Origin: Megasphaera elsdenii DSM 20460
GTDB taxonomy: Bacteria > Bacillota > Negativicutes > Veillonellales > Megasphaeraceae
Reading direction: 5' to 3'
Assembly: GCF_003010495.1 (NCBI RefSeq)
Contig: NZ_CP027570.1
Location: forward strand, 1,440,001-1,472,000
Length of the DNA stretch: 32,000 nt
Shown here: positions 1 through 8,594 of the stretch, piece by piece
Layout: every line of letters begins with the position of its first letter
Position numbering within the stretch: position 1 is the first letter of the stretch
Notes under the pieces: generated by a model
Seen by the model: only the letters and a program-made list of their open reading frames with translations
The model's database searches: none
What the model was told of the DNA's origin: nothing
Translations under genes and position numbers: made by a program

Positions 1-685
1 TCTGTTCTTCTGTCATCATGTAGATGCGCTGTTCGATATTTTCCAGGGCAATCGTCTGGCCTTCGAGGATATTGAGGACCAGCGGGCTCTGCATGTGCTT
101 TTTGGCCAGGCCTTTGATCTTGTCCGGAACCGTAGCCGAGAAGAAGAGGAGCTGCCGCCGTTTCGGCGTCAGGCCGATGAGGGTATCGACATCTTCTAAG
201 AAACCGGCCTGCAGCATCTGGTCCGCTTCGTCGACGATGACCCGGCGGACGCCGCTCAGGTCGAGGGAATTGCGGCGGCAGTGGTCGAGCAGGCGGCCCG
301 GCGTACCGATGATGACGTGAGGATGGCGGTGCAGTTTCTGGAGCTGGTTCTCAATGGTCTTGCCGCCGATGAGGCTGAGGACGTCGACGCCCAGTTCCGG
401 TGCCAGGGTATCGGCGACGTCGGCAATCTGGCGGGCCAGTTCCCGCGTCGGCGCCATGACCAGGACTTGTTCGGCGTGGATATCTGTCTTGACCTGCTGC
501 AGTGACGGCAGGAGAAAGGCAAAGGTCTTGCCCGTACCGGTCTGGGCCTGGGCCAGGATGTCCCGGCCTTTGAACAAGGGGGGGATGGCCTGTGCCTGGA
601 CGGCCGTGGGTTCATTGATGCCCTGCTTGTGCAGGAGTTCACAAATCTTCGGCGTAATGCCGAGTGATTCAAAATTCTTTGTCAT
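1..685 (-). CDS. DEAD-box ATP-dependent RNA helicase, N-terminal part (C-terminus lies beyond the window edge)
   Basis: Reverse-strand translation from ATG (complement of 683-685) reads MTKNFESLGITPKICELLHKQGINEPTAVQAQAIPPLFKGRDILAQAQTGTGKTFAF...VIVDEADQML...LLFFSAT. It contains a Q-motif, Walker A (AQTGTGKT), DEAD and SAT motifs. It is absent from the ORF track because it is open at the window edge. Confidence 0.9.
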   Translation of the reverse strand, partial: MTKNFESLGITPKICELLHKQGINEPTAVQAQAIPPLFKGRDILAQAQTGTGKTFAFLLPSLQQVKTDIHAEQVLVMAPTRELARQIADVADTLAPELGVDVLSLIGGKTIENQLQKLHRHPHVIIGTPGRLLDHCRRNSLDLSGVRRVIVDEADQMLQAGFLEDVDTLIGLTPKRRQLLFFSATVPDKIKGLAKKHMQSPLVLNILEGQTIALENIEQRIYMMTEEQ

Positions 686-832
686 GTATGTCCCTTTCTA
701 TGCGAACTAAAATTACTTCTTATTATTTCTATTTTACACAAAAGCCAGGGCTTGCGCAAACTTTTCTTTCCTTTTGGGATATGGTATACTAAAGTGATTT
801 CGTTTGCGTTGTTTTAGGAGGTCTTGCAGAAA

Positions 833-1255
833 ATGAGTTGGTGGCGCGATATTTTGCGGCAAAGTGTCTTCATGTGTTTCTTTATCATTCCCATCCCGAT
901 CGGAGCCTATACCATTCACAGCGGTTCCAGTGCCGTCGTGGCCATGGTCAGTTATGTCTTTTTGTCCCTGGTCATCCCCGTCGCCTACGTGGGCTGCCAG
1001 GATGCGTCTTTTGGCCCTCAGGGCGGGCGGATCCGCCGCTGGGTCATGGCCCTCATGTGGTTCATCGTCTTTGCGGCTATCGGGGCTTTTACGGCTTTCA
1101 TGGGCGTCTATTGGAAGGCAGCTCCTTTCTGGGAATGGCCGACCATTGGCCGCGACGTCGTCTTCATCGCCGGCATGTATGGGGAAATCAGTCTGACCAT
1201 GCTCCTTGCCTTTGTCGTCTCCCAGCTTTTGCCAGGCCGAAAGGAAGTAAAATAA
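833..1255 (+). CDS. hypothetical integral membrane protein (about 140 aa, 4 predicted hydrophobic segments)
   Basis: ORF 824-1255. AGGAGG at 816-821 lies 11 nt before ATG 833. The protein is strongly hydrophobic, and its stop overlaps the start of the next gene (TAATG). Confidence 0.6.
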   Translation: MSWWRDILRQSVFMCFFIIPIPIGAYTIHSGSSAVVAMVSYVFLSLVIPVAYVGCQDASFGPQGGRIRRWVMALMWFIVFAAIGAFTAFMGVYWKAAPFWEWPTIGRDVVFIAGMYGEISLTMLLAFVVSQLLPGRKEVK

Positions 1256-2121
1256 TGGATCATTTACAAAAACAGAAGTGGCATGACCGGCTGCTGGCCA
1301 TCGTCTGGGCGGCCTGCGGTATCCTGCCATTGCCTTTCGGGGCCTTTGCTTCGGATAAGCCATATATCGCCTCAGCGTCGATTCTGGCCTTTTTTATCTT
1401 GTCCTTTGCTGTTCCCTTGTGGCTGGGGCATCGCCGCCGTCGTGCGGGCAGAGACGATGATTATGCTTCGGCTGGGGCGACCCTCTATGGCGGGGCTGTC
1501 GTCCTGATCATTGCCGTCGGCTTGCTCAACGGTTTGACCGGCTGGGACTGCTGGCATGATTATCCTGTCCGCGTCGGCTTATTCGCCTTGTGGATGCTTT
1601 TGACCATCGGTGCCCAGTACCTGGCTGCCAGGGCCGTCGATTTCTGGCTGCAGCGCCGCCGGAAATACTGGTATTCCCAATTCCTGGACCCTATCATCTA
1701 CAGCCTGCCTCTGCCGTGTGCTATCCTGGGTATGTTCCTCTTTCCGGCTGTCAGTGACTCTTCGGTGACGCAGAGCCTGGTCGTCGGCGTCATGGCCATC
1801 ATGGGTTTCTGCTTCATCGGCATGAGTATCTTCGTCATCGCCACCTTCGCGCTTTATTTCTTCCCGTACAAACGCTATGGTTATAGCCGCAAGGAGCGCC
1901 TGGTCCATATCGTGGCCATCGTCGTCATGGTCCTCATGTGGGCCCTGGTCCAGCATATCCTCTTCGATAGCCAGATCCACGTCTTTACGTACATCTTCAA
2001 GGCCATGCCGATTCTCCAGAACAATCCCCTGGTCTTCATCACACCCTTCGTCGTAGCGGCATTGACCATCATAGGCTGCGTAGCCCTGCGCAACGTCGTC
2101 ATCGCGGCGTTTAAGGCTTGA
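1255..2121 (+). CDS. hypothetical polytopic membrane protein (288 aa)
   Basis: This is the in-frame downstream part of track ORF 838-2121, starting MDHLQKQKWHDRLLAIVWAACG. ATG 1255 overlaps the TAA of the upstream gene, suggesting translational coupling. There are multiple hydrophobic helices. Confidence 0.6.
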   Translation: MDHLQKQKWHDRLLAIVWAACGILPLPFGAFASDKPYIASASILAFFILSFAVPLWLGHRRRRAGRDDDYASAGATLYGGAVVLIIAVGLLNGLTGWDCWHDYPVRVGLFALWMLLTIGAQYLAARAVDFWLQRRRKYWYSQFLDPIIYSLPLPCAILGMFLFPAVSDSSVTQSLVVGVMAIMGFCFIGMSIFVIATFALYFFPYKRYGYSRKERLVHIVAIVVMVLMWALVQHILFDSQIHVFTYIFKAMPILQNNPLVFITPFVVAALTIIGCVALRNVVIAAFKA

Positions 2122-2300
2122 TCGTTCATCGTAGGCCGTTCGTCGTTCATCGAGGTATCTGGTGGCTGTGCCGCCGTGAGCCGTTTGCCGTGGCTCGTGG
2201 GCTGTAGGGGCCCATGTGGGGCGCCCGCGTGAATCCTGTGCACAGCCTGAAGCTGCAGCTGTGTGAATTTTCGTCAAACAAACCACGCCCAACGGACCAC
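2122..2300. repeat. degenerate inverted-orientation copy of the GT-heptad / GC-hairpin intergenic repeat family
   Basis: It contains 7-nt phased GT-rich units (gtggctc gtgggct gtagggg) followed by gggcccatgtggggcgccc. The reverse complement resembles the ggcccctac-gaaccacgag arrays elsewhere in the window. Confidence 0.5.
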
Positions 2301-2334
2301 AAAAAAACCTGCCGCTTTCGCGACAGGTTTTTTC
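2301..2334. terminator. bidirectional rho-independent terminator between the membrane-protein gene and potE
   Basis: aaaaaaa-CCTGCCGC-tttc-GCGACAGG-tttttt: a hairpin flanked by an A-tract and a T-tract. Confidence 0.6.
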
Positions 2335-2337
2335 TAT

Positions 2338-3663
2338 TCATTTTATTTCCACAATGGTCTGCTTCATGATGGTGAAGCGGATGACGTATACCAGCCATCC
2401 CAGGAAGGCTGCAAGACAGCCGCTGAGGAAGGTCGTGGCATCGGTAGTAGTCAATGCATATACGCAGTAGATAATGGATACGCCTGCCAGGAATATCGAC
2501 GTATTTCTGTTACAGACTTCATTGGGGATATGTTCCTTGGTGAGGATCGTCGTCAGGGCCCCGGCACAGAGCATGTAGGGGATGACGTTGGTGACGACGG
2601 CCAGGTTGGCCAGGAGTTCGAACTGGGCAGCCAGGGTCGGGCTGATGGTCATGAGGGCCAGGAGGCTCTGCATGCAGAGGATGCACAGCATGCCTTTGAC
2701 CGGTACGTCAGCGCTGGTGACTTTGGCAAAAATCTTGGGGAACAGGCCGCGCTGGGCGCTGGTCTTGAAGACGCGGGCCAAGGTGAACTGCCAGGACAAG
2801 AGGGAACCGGCACAGGAGAATACCATGAGGCCCATGACGGCTTTGCCAGCCGTATCGCCGAGCATGTACGAGAAGGCCAGGCCGAAGGGAGCGCTCGATG
2901 CCAGGATTTCCGCATTGGGGACGATGCCGGCGATGACATTCGTCGAGGCGACGTAGATGATGGCGACGCCGAGGGTGCTGACGAAGGTGGCAATCGGAAC
3001 GGATTTCTTCGGGTTTTCAACGGCATCCATGTTGACCGCTGCCGATTCGAGTCCCAAGAAGGACCACAACGTCAGGGCGATGGAATTGCCGACGGCATCG
3101 CTGAGTCCCAAATCATTGGGGTTCCACGAAGCCAGCCACGTAGCCGGGCTGAACCAATGCCAGCCGATGATGGAAATGCCCAGGACCGGGATGATGGCAC
3201 CCCAGATGGTAATGGCGCTGAGCTTGCCGGAATAACGGGAGCCGCTGAAATTGAGGGCTGCCGCGATCCACAATAAAGCGATCGTATATAAACACGTCTG
3301 CAACGGCGTAAAGGTTGTCTCAAGGAAACCGGCGCCGTAACCCACAGCCGTAATGGCAATGGCGACGTTTGCAATTACGATGGAAACAGAGTAGGCGTAA
3401 TTAGCCATAAAATGTCCTACACGCCCGAAAGCGTATTCGGAGTAACCGCCCATACCGCCTGGCTTTGTCGTGAACATGCCACATCGGGCAAAAGCCATGG
3501 CCAGGGCTAAAGAGCCTAGTGAGGTAATAATCCAGGAAATAATCGAGATCGTACCGACTTCGGCGAGCTTGGTCGGCAGCATGATGATACCGGCGCCAAG
3601 CATGTTGGCAGCAGTGACAAAGGTCAACTGTACCACAGACATTTTACGACATGTAGTTTTCAT
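2338..3663 (-). CDS. potE: APC-superfamily basic amino acid/polyamine antiporter, PotE-like (putrescine:ornithine antiporter family)
   Basis: Track ORF 2338-3699. The internal ATG at 3663 (MKTTCRKMSVVQLTF...) follows GAAGGA. From memory, long stretches match E. coli PotE (GIIMLPTKLAEVGTISIISW, GGMGGYSEYAFG, FMANY, NVAIAI(T/S)AVGYG). There are about 12 TM segments. Confidence 0.8.
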   Translation of the reverse strand: MKTTCRKMSVVQLTFVTAANMLGAGIIMLPTKLAEVGTISIISWIITSLGSLALAMAFARCGMFTTKPGGMGGYSEYAFGRVGHFMANYAYSVSIVIANVAIAITAVGYGAGFLETTFTPLQTCLYTIALLWIAAALNFSGSRYSGKLSAITIWGAIIPVLGISIIGWHWFSPATWLASWNPNDLGLSDAVGNSIALTLWSFLGLESAAVNMDAVENPKKSVPIATFVSTLGVAIIYVASTNVIAGIVPNAEILASSAPFGLAFSYMLGDTAGKAVMGLMVFSCAGSLLSWQFTLARVFKTSAQRGLFPKIFAKVTSADVPVKGMLCILCMQSLLALMTISPTLAAQFELLANLAVVTNVIPYMLCAGALTTILTKEHIPNEVCNRNTSIFLAGVSIIYCVYALTTTDATTFLSGCLAAFLGWLVYVIRFTIMKQTIVEIK

Positions 3664-3824
3664 TATCAGTCCTTCTTTCGTGTTGATGCGTATAAGCATG
3701 ACTTGAGTTTTTTAGCAAATTAATTCTATCATTTTTGCCGGGAAAATTAAATACTTTTTGAAAAAACGTTATATGTATTTGGGCCACTTTTCACGCTCTA
3801 TATTCCAAATGGGAATAGAGTTTA

Positions 3825-3898
3825 GTGGTTCGTAGCTCGTGTTTCGTGGCTAAATTTAAAACCATCCGCTAGCTACTAACAACTAGCTACTAACAACT
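3825..3898. repeat. composite intergenic repeat: GT-heptads, then TAAATTTAAAA palindrome, then AC/CTA heptads
   Basis: gtggttcgtagctcgtgtttcgtggc TAAATTTAAAA ccatccgctagctactaacaactagctactaacaac. The array is 7-nt periodic (ctagcta ctaacaa ctagcta ctaacaa). Confidence 0.7.
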
Positions 3899-3936
3899 AA
3901 AAAAAGGTCTTGTCGCACTGCGACAAGACCTTTTTT
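3899..3936. terminator. rho-independent terminator (serves the minus-strand thiolase; A/T tracts on both sides)
   Basis: aaaaaaa GGTCTTGTCGC act GCGACAAGACC tttttt. The 25-nt hairpin spans 3906-3930. Confidence 0.8.
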
Positions 3937-3951
3937 ACATGAGAGATGAAA

Positions 3952-5133
3952 TTAGTCGATGTTTTCTACGACGCAAGCCGTACCCTGGCCGCCACCGATG
4001 CACAGTGTAGCCAAGCCGTATTTGCCGCCGACTTCTTTCAAGCCATAGAGCAAGGTTACGAGGATACGAGCGCCCGATGCACCAATCGGATGGCCGAGGG
4101 CGATAGCACCGCCATGGATGTTGACTTTATCCATATCGAAGCCGAGTTCACGGCAGCAATATACAGCCTGAGCTGCGAAAGCTTCGTTAGCTTCGACGAG
4201 GTCGAGGTCTTTGACTTCGAGGCCAGCTTTAGCCAATGCTTTACGGGAAGAAGGAACAGGGCCGGTACCCATGATGGACGGATCGACGCCAGCGGAAGCA
4301 TAGCTTACGACTTTAGCCATCGGTTTGAGGCCGAGTTCTTTCGCTTTATCAGCGGACATAACTACGAATGCAGCTGCGCCGTCGTTGATGCCGGAAGCGT
4401 TACCAGCAGTAACTGTGCCGCCTTTTTTGAAGGCCGGTTTCAATTTAGCAAGGCCTTCCATGGTCGTGCCTTCACGCGGGAATTCGTCTGTATCGATGAC
4501 GACGTCCTGTTTTTTCTGATGAACCGTTACCGGAACGATCTGAGATTTGAATGCGCCGCTCTTGATAGCTTCGCAAGCTTTGACCTGAGAACGGACACCA
4601 AGTGCATCCTGGTCTTCACGAGTGATGCCGAAGCGTTCAGCAACGTTTTCAGCCGTGATGCCCATATGATAGTCATTGAATGCATCCCAGAGGCCATCTT
4701 TGATCATGGTATCGACGAGGACACCGTTGCCCATACGATAGCCATAACGAGCTTTAGGAACAGCGAAAGGAGCCATGGACATGTTTTCCATGCCGCCTGC
4801 TACGATGACGTCAGCGTCGCCGGCTTTGATCATCTGAGCTGCCAAGGATACGCAGCGGAGACCGGAACCGCAGACTTTGTTGACCGTAAGAGCCGGTACT
4901 TCGATAGGCATGCCAGCTTTAATCATAGCCTGACGAGCCGGGTTCTGGCCCTGAGCAGCCTGAAGGACGTTGCCCATTACGACTTCATCGACGTCTTTAC
5001 CTTCGATGCCAGCACGTTTGAGAGCTTCTTTAATGACAACAGCGCCGAGTTCTACAGCCGGTGTGTTTTTGAAACCGCCACCGAATTTACCAATTGCTGT
5101 ACGGCAAGCGCTTACGATAACTACTTCTTTCAT
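3952..5133 (-). CDS. acetyl-CoA C-acetyltransferase (thiolase II), paralog 1
   Basis: Track ORF 3952-5142. ATG 5133 ([19 protein letters not shown]) follows AAGGAG. Thiolase signatures are NKVCGSG (active-site Cys), GHPIGASG and CIGGGQG. Confidence 0.95.
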   Translation of the reverse strand: MKEVVIVSACRTAIGKFGGGFKNTPAVELGAVVIKEALKRAGIEGKDVDEVVMGNVLQAAQGQNPARQAMIKAGMPIEVPALTVNKVCGSGLRCVSLAAQMIKAGDADVIVAGGMENMSMAPFAVPKARYGYRMGNGVLVDTMIKDGLWDAFNDYHMGITAENVAERFGITREDQDALGVRSQVKACEAIKSGAFKSQIVPVTVHQKKQDVVIDTDEFPREGTTMEGLAKLKPAFKKGGTVTAGNASGINDGAAAFVVMSADKAKELGLKPMAKVVSYASAGVDPSIMGTGPVPSSRKALAKAGLEVKDLDLVEANEAFAAQAVYCCRELGFDMDKVNIHGGAIALGHPIGASGARILVTLLYGLKEVGGKYGLATLCIGGGQGTACVVENID

Positions 5134-5208
5134 TGGAATCACTCCTTGGATAATTTTTTACGTATGAAATAGGTGCCGGCGAATCAGTATGAGAGGATAC
5201 ACCGGGCG

Positions 5209-5235
5209 AAAGTATCATAATAAAAATGATACTTT
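5209..5235. promoter_or_regulatory. 10-bp perfect inverted repeat AAAGTATCAT-N7-ATGATACTTT in the thiolase-1 upstream region (candidate operator)
   Basis: Read directly from the sequence. It lies about 75-100 nt upstream of the thiolase-1 start on the minus strand. There is no adjacent T-tract, so it is not a typical terminator. Confidence 0.35.
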
Positions 5236-5344
5236 GATATTGCTATCATACACCTTTTTTAAGGAAATGTACAGAGCACGTTCAAAAAATTACGTACTCC
5301 ATACATCTCCCTTACTTATGGCTAGGGAATAGGGAATTTTTGAA

Positions 5345-6529
5345 TTACAGACGTTCTACGATGATAGCCGTGCCCTGGCCGCCGCCGATGCAGAGGGAAG
5401 CCAGACCATATTTACCGTTGATTTCCGGTTCAGCCAATGCGTAGAGCAAGGTGACGACGATACGAGCGCCGGAGCAGCCAATCGGATGGCCGAGGGCGAT
5501 AGCGCCGCCGTGGATGTTGACTTTGTCCATGTTGAGGCCGAGTTCGCGGACGCAGTATACGGACTGAGCTGCGAAAGCTTCATTCAATTCGATGAGGTCC
5601 ATCTGGTCGACGTTCATGCCGGTCTTCTTCATGACTTTGCGGACTGCCGGAACAGGGCCAGTACCCATGATTGCCGGTTCAACACCAGCCGAAGCCCAGT
5701 CGATGATGCGAGCCAGCGGTTTGATGCCGAGTTCTTTAGCTTTTTCAGCGGACATTACGACAACAGCAGCTGCGCCGTCGTTGATGCCGGAAGCGTTACC
5801 AGCGGTAACTGTGCCGTCTTTGATGAAGGCCGGACGGAGTTTAGCCAGTGTTTCCATGGTGCAGTTCGGACGGATGAATTCGTCTTTGTCGACGACGACA
5901 TCGCCTTTTCTCTTATGGATCGTTACCGGAACGATCTGGCTGTCGAATTTGCCTTCCTGCTGAGCTTTGTAAGCCAAGTTTTCAGAACGGCAAGCCAGCT
6001 TATCCTGGTCTTCACGGGTTACACCGAAGCGAGCGGCAACGTTTTCAGCCGTTACGCCCATGTGGTAGTTGTTTTCCGTGCAGAACAGGCCATCGCGCAT
6101 GAGCAAGTCTTCGAGGACGCCGTTGCCCATACGATAACCGCGGCGGCCTTTAGCGATGGAGTAGGGGGCGTTGGACATGGATTCCATACCACCGGCTACG
6201 ATGATGTCAGCATCGCCGAGTTTGATCTGCTGGGAAGCGAGGGAAATGGCACGCATACCGGAACCGCAAAGTTTATTTAATGTGAAAGCAGGAACTTCCT
6301 GAGGAATACCCGAATGAAGGGCTACCTGACGGGCCGTGTTTTCACCGCAGCCAGCCTGGAGTACGTGGCCCATGATGACTTCGTCGATCTGGTCGACAGG
6401 AATACCTGCGCGTTTGATTGCTTCAGTAACAGCAGCTACACCGAGGTCTACCGCGGTGACGTCTGCGAACTGGCCATTGAAACTGCCGATGGCCGTACGG
6501 CAAGCACTTACGATAACAGCATCTCTCAT
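5345..6529 (-). CDS. acetyl-CoA C-acetyltransferase (thiolase II), paralog 2
   Basis: Track ORF 5345-6688. The internal ATG at 6529 ([19 protein letters not shown]) follows AAAGGATGG. Motifs are [15 protein letters not shown] and CIGGGQG. It is clearly homologous to, but diverged from, paralog 1 over the N-terminal stretch I aligned by eye. Confidence 0.95.
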   Translation of the reverse strand: MRDAVIVSACRTAIGSFNGQFADVTAVDLGVAAVTEAIKRAGIPVDQIDEVIMGHVLQAGCGENTARQVALHSGIPQEVPAFTLNKLCGSGMRAISLASQQIKLGDADIIVAGGMESMSNAPYSIAKGRRGYRMGNGVLEDLLMRDGLFCTENNYHMGVTAENVAARFGVTREDQDKLACRSENLAYKAQQEGKFDSQIVPVTIHKRKGDVVVDKDEFIRPNCTMETLAKLRPAFIKDGTVTAGNASGINDGAAAVVVMSAEKAKELGIKPLARIIDWASAGVEPAIMGTGPVPAVRKVMKKTGMNVDQMDLIELNEAFAAQSVYCVRELGLNMDKVNIHGGAIALGHPIGCSGARIVVTLLYALAEPEINGKYGLASLCIGGGQGTAIIVERL

Positions 6530-6802
6530 TAGAAAAACCATCCTTTCGTGATGTGAAACAAAGTATAGAATAATATAGTATATAAGACTTAGTTGACGGA
6601 GCCGCCGCTTACGCAGCTCCTTGGGGGTTACGCTGAAATGAAGAACTTGAGTTCTAAATTTCACAATCTCCATGCCTATATAGTACATTTTTTCACAAGG
6701 AAATGCAAGAGGAAAATGAATTTTCCCTATGCTAGATAATCATGATAAAGAAAGGGTCAGATGAGAAAAGAATAAAGAGAACGAATAATTTGGTATACGT
6801 AT

Positions 6803-6893
6803 GGTTGGCGGCTAGCAGTCAGCAGCTAGCCGCTCGTAGGGCCGCCCTTTGGGACGGCCCCTACGAACCCCTAGCCACTAGCCCCTAACCACT
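6803..6893. repeat. composite intergenic repeat containing a GC-rich REP-like hairpin and CTAGCC/CTAACC heptads
   Basis: The hairpin is GTAGGGCCGCCC ttt GGGACGGCCCCTAC (6836-6864). It is followed by gaacccc tagccac tagcccc taaccac taaaaaa. Confidence 0.7.
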
Positions 6894-6928
6894 AAAAAAG
6901 GGCTTGCCGCGACGCGGCAAGCCCTTTT
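6894..6928. terminator. rho-independent terminator downstream of the 26-aa minus-strand ORF
   Basis: aaaaaa GGGCTTGCCGC gac GCGGCAAGCCC tttt. The hairpin spans 6900-6924. Confidence 0.7.
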
Positions 6929-6938
6929 CCTATTCCTT

Positions 6939-7019
6939 TTAAAGAAGATGAGCGATGAAACTGTACGAAAGTAAAGCGCCCATGGAGATGATGATTTTTG
7001 CGTCTGCACTTAAATTCAT
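6939..7019 (-). CDS. candidate 26-aa hydrophobic small protein (MNLSADAKIIISMGALLSYSFIAHLL)
   Basis: Hand-translated; not in the track. AAGAGGT lies 7 nt before the ATG (complement of 7017-7019). A strong terminator follows immediately after the stop. Confidence 0.35.
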   Translation of the reverse strand: MNLSADAKIIISMGALLSYSFIAHLL

Positions 7020-7505
7020 AGTTCTTACCTCTTTTCTTCTTTAATATATTGCAAAACTTAATAATTTTAATTATGTATCAGATATTGAATCCGGAAAGCG
7101 GAACTCTTTATCTATAAATATAATATCATATGCGTAAATAAAATCAATAGCCAGAAAATGCAACGACTTGACACCTGTATTACCACAATGCAAATATAGG
7201 CGTTTGAACAGTATAAAAACAGGAAAATGGCCGAAAAATCCTTTTAAATAGAATAAACAAAAGCAAAGGACAAGAAGTGTAAAAGTGAATAAAATAGATA
7301 TTTATTCAAAACAGAAAAATATTAAATTTTACGTTAAAATAAAGTATAAACTTAAAAATAGAAAAATGGTGACTGACAGGCACTAGCGACAGGGCGGGAA
7401 ATGCCTTATAATGGATACAATATCCTTTGATGCCGTGACGTCGTTACGGCTGTCATCAGTAAGTGAAATTATTATATAAATGTTTTATATAGTGGGAGGA
7501 GTATC

Positions 7506-8138
7506 ATGGGATTTTTTGATGCCTTTTTTAAAGAACACCAGAGAACGAAGAGCGAGGAAATCTATGACAAGGCCTTGCAGATTTTCAATTCGCCGGAATT
7601 ACAGAATCAGGCCCTGTCAGGCAAACTGGCCGACAAGGTGACGCATGGCGAAGATTGCGACATCATTCCAGGTTCATATGGTCGTTTTGGCCACGATAGG
7701 ACCAATCCAATTCCCGTCAATGGACCGAGTGGAGAATTTGTCTACTTATCGCGCCTGCGCCTGCGCCGGACCGGATCGATGGTCTTTTTCCACAAAGCCG
7801 GCAGCGTCGACGGCATCGATGTCTTTGAACTGACCAACGTCAGCGGCAAGTTCGTCGACCGCCTGTATGTCGACATGTACCATCCCCGCTGTTCCCGCCG
7901 CTATCCGGAAGGCTATACGCTGGAAAAGGAAGCTGTCTTTCCCCGCGGCGTGACGACGAACCTGCCCGATTTCCCCAAAGGACTCTACAAGGCCATCAAA
8001 AAAGAAGCCAAGCAGCGCCTGGGCATCGACGTCGCTGATAAAGAAAGCGATTGCATCGATGTACCGGCTGTCCAGGAGGCGTTAGCCCATCTGCGGAAGG
8101 AAAGGCCGGTGGCTCCTGTCATGAAGCCATTGAAATAA
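7506..8138 (+). CDS. hypothetical protein (210 aa)
   Basis: Track ORF. GGGAGGAG lies 6 nt before the ATG. Codon usage resembles the flanking genes. I recognise no family. Confidence 0.7.
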   Translation: MGFFDAFFKEHQRTKSEEIYDKALQIFNSPELQNQALSGKLADKVTHGEDCDIIPGSYGRFGHDRTNPIPVNGPSGEFVYLSRLRLRRTGSMVFFHKAGSVDGIDVFELTNVSGKFVDRLYVDMYHPRCSRRYPEGYTLEKEAVFPRGVTTNLPDFPKGLYKAIKKEAKQRLGIDVADKESDCIDVPAVQEALAHLRKERPVAPVMKPLK

Positions 8139-8157
8139 AGGGAAACTATGGTATAAT
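8130..8157 (+). promoter_or_regulatory. sigma-70-type promoter for the DUF1653 gene
   Basis: TTGAAA (8130-8135), a 16-nt spacer, then TG-extended TATAAT (8152-8157). Confidence 0.5.
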
Positions 8158-8197
8158 TACACCAGGTTAGTAATGTAGATTATTAGGAGGGTTATCG

Positions 8198-8428
8198 ATG
8201 AGAGAATTACCAAAAGCCCATGAAATTTGGCGCCATTTCAAAAAAAATACTTATGAAATCATCACCATTGCCGAACATACGGAAACCGGTGAAAAATTTG
8301 TCATTTACAAGGCCTTGCACGATACGATGAAGACCTATGCCCGCCCGTTGAAGGATTTCATGAGCGAAGTCGATAAGGAAAAATATCCCCGTGCTGAACA
8401 GGATTATCGTTTCGTCAAGATTAAATAA
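8198..8428 (+). CDS. DUF1653-family small protein
   Basis: Contains WRHFKKNTYEIITIAEHTETGEKFVIYKAL...YARPLKDFM, which matches the DUF1653 pattern (YRHYKG..Y.V...A.HSET.E..V.Y..L...W.RP...F). AGGAGGG SD. Confidence 0.8.
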   Translation: MRELPKAHEIWRHFKKNTYEIITIAEHTETGEKFVIYKALHDTMKTYARPLKDFMSEVDKEKYPRAEQDYRFVKIK

Positions 8429-8430
8429 CC

Positions 8431-8459
8431 TTGACAAGGCCTGCCATGGCTGATATAAT
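8431..8459 (+). promoter_or_regulatory. consensus sigma-70 promoter of the infC-rpmI-rplT operon
   Basis: TTGACA (8431-8436), a 17-nt spacer, then TATAAT (8454-8459). Confidence 0.8.
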
Positions 8460-8594
8460 ATGTACTGTTGAAAATAAAGCAGAAGCTATCCGCTTCTCAC
8501 CTTACAAGACGGTCGTGTCACTAGGGTCTATGACGGAAACGTAGAGCGGATAGTCATGCTATCCGTTCTTTTTTTATTTCGGAGGTGAAAGACG
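8460..8594 (+). promoter_or_regulatory. L20-leader-type transcription attenuator
   Basis: The terminator is GAGCGGATAG tcatg CTATCCGTTC plus T8 (8544-8576). An upstream segment GCTATCCGCT (8485-8494) can pair alternatively with the left terminator arm. Its position upstream of infC matches the Firmicutes L20 leader. Confidence 0.65.

Noticed and set aside
838-2121. Single 427-aa ORF spanning both membrane-protein genes
   Set aside because: Its first 139 codons are an alternative frame over the 833-1255 gene and read as Arg/His/Gly-rich nonsense. The hydrophobic protein only starts at ATG 1255, which overlaps the upstream stop.
2263-3276. 337-aa plus-strand ORF opposite the PotE-like gene. 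The same applies to 1579-2292(-), 734-1363(-), 8607-9317(-), 15977-16735(-), 19134-19859(-) and 23393-24181(-).
   Set aside because: All lie antisense to genes with clear family signatures. They are the long open frames typical of the antisense strand of GC-rich coding DNA, with no SD and low-complexity, charged composition.
3946-5172. 408-aa plus-strand ORF (and 5486-6280 +, 264 aa) overlapping the thiolase genes
   Set aside because: These are antisense shadow ORFs of strongly supported minus-strand thiolase genes. Their composition is odd (F/D/A/S-rich), they have no SD, and they match no recognisable family.
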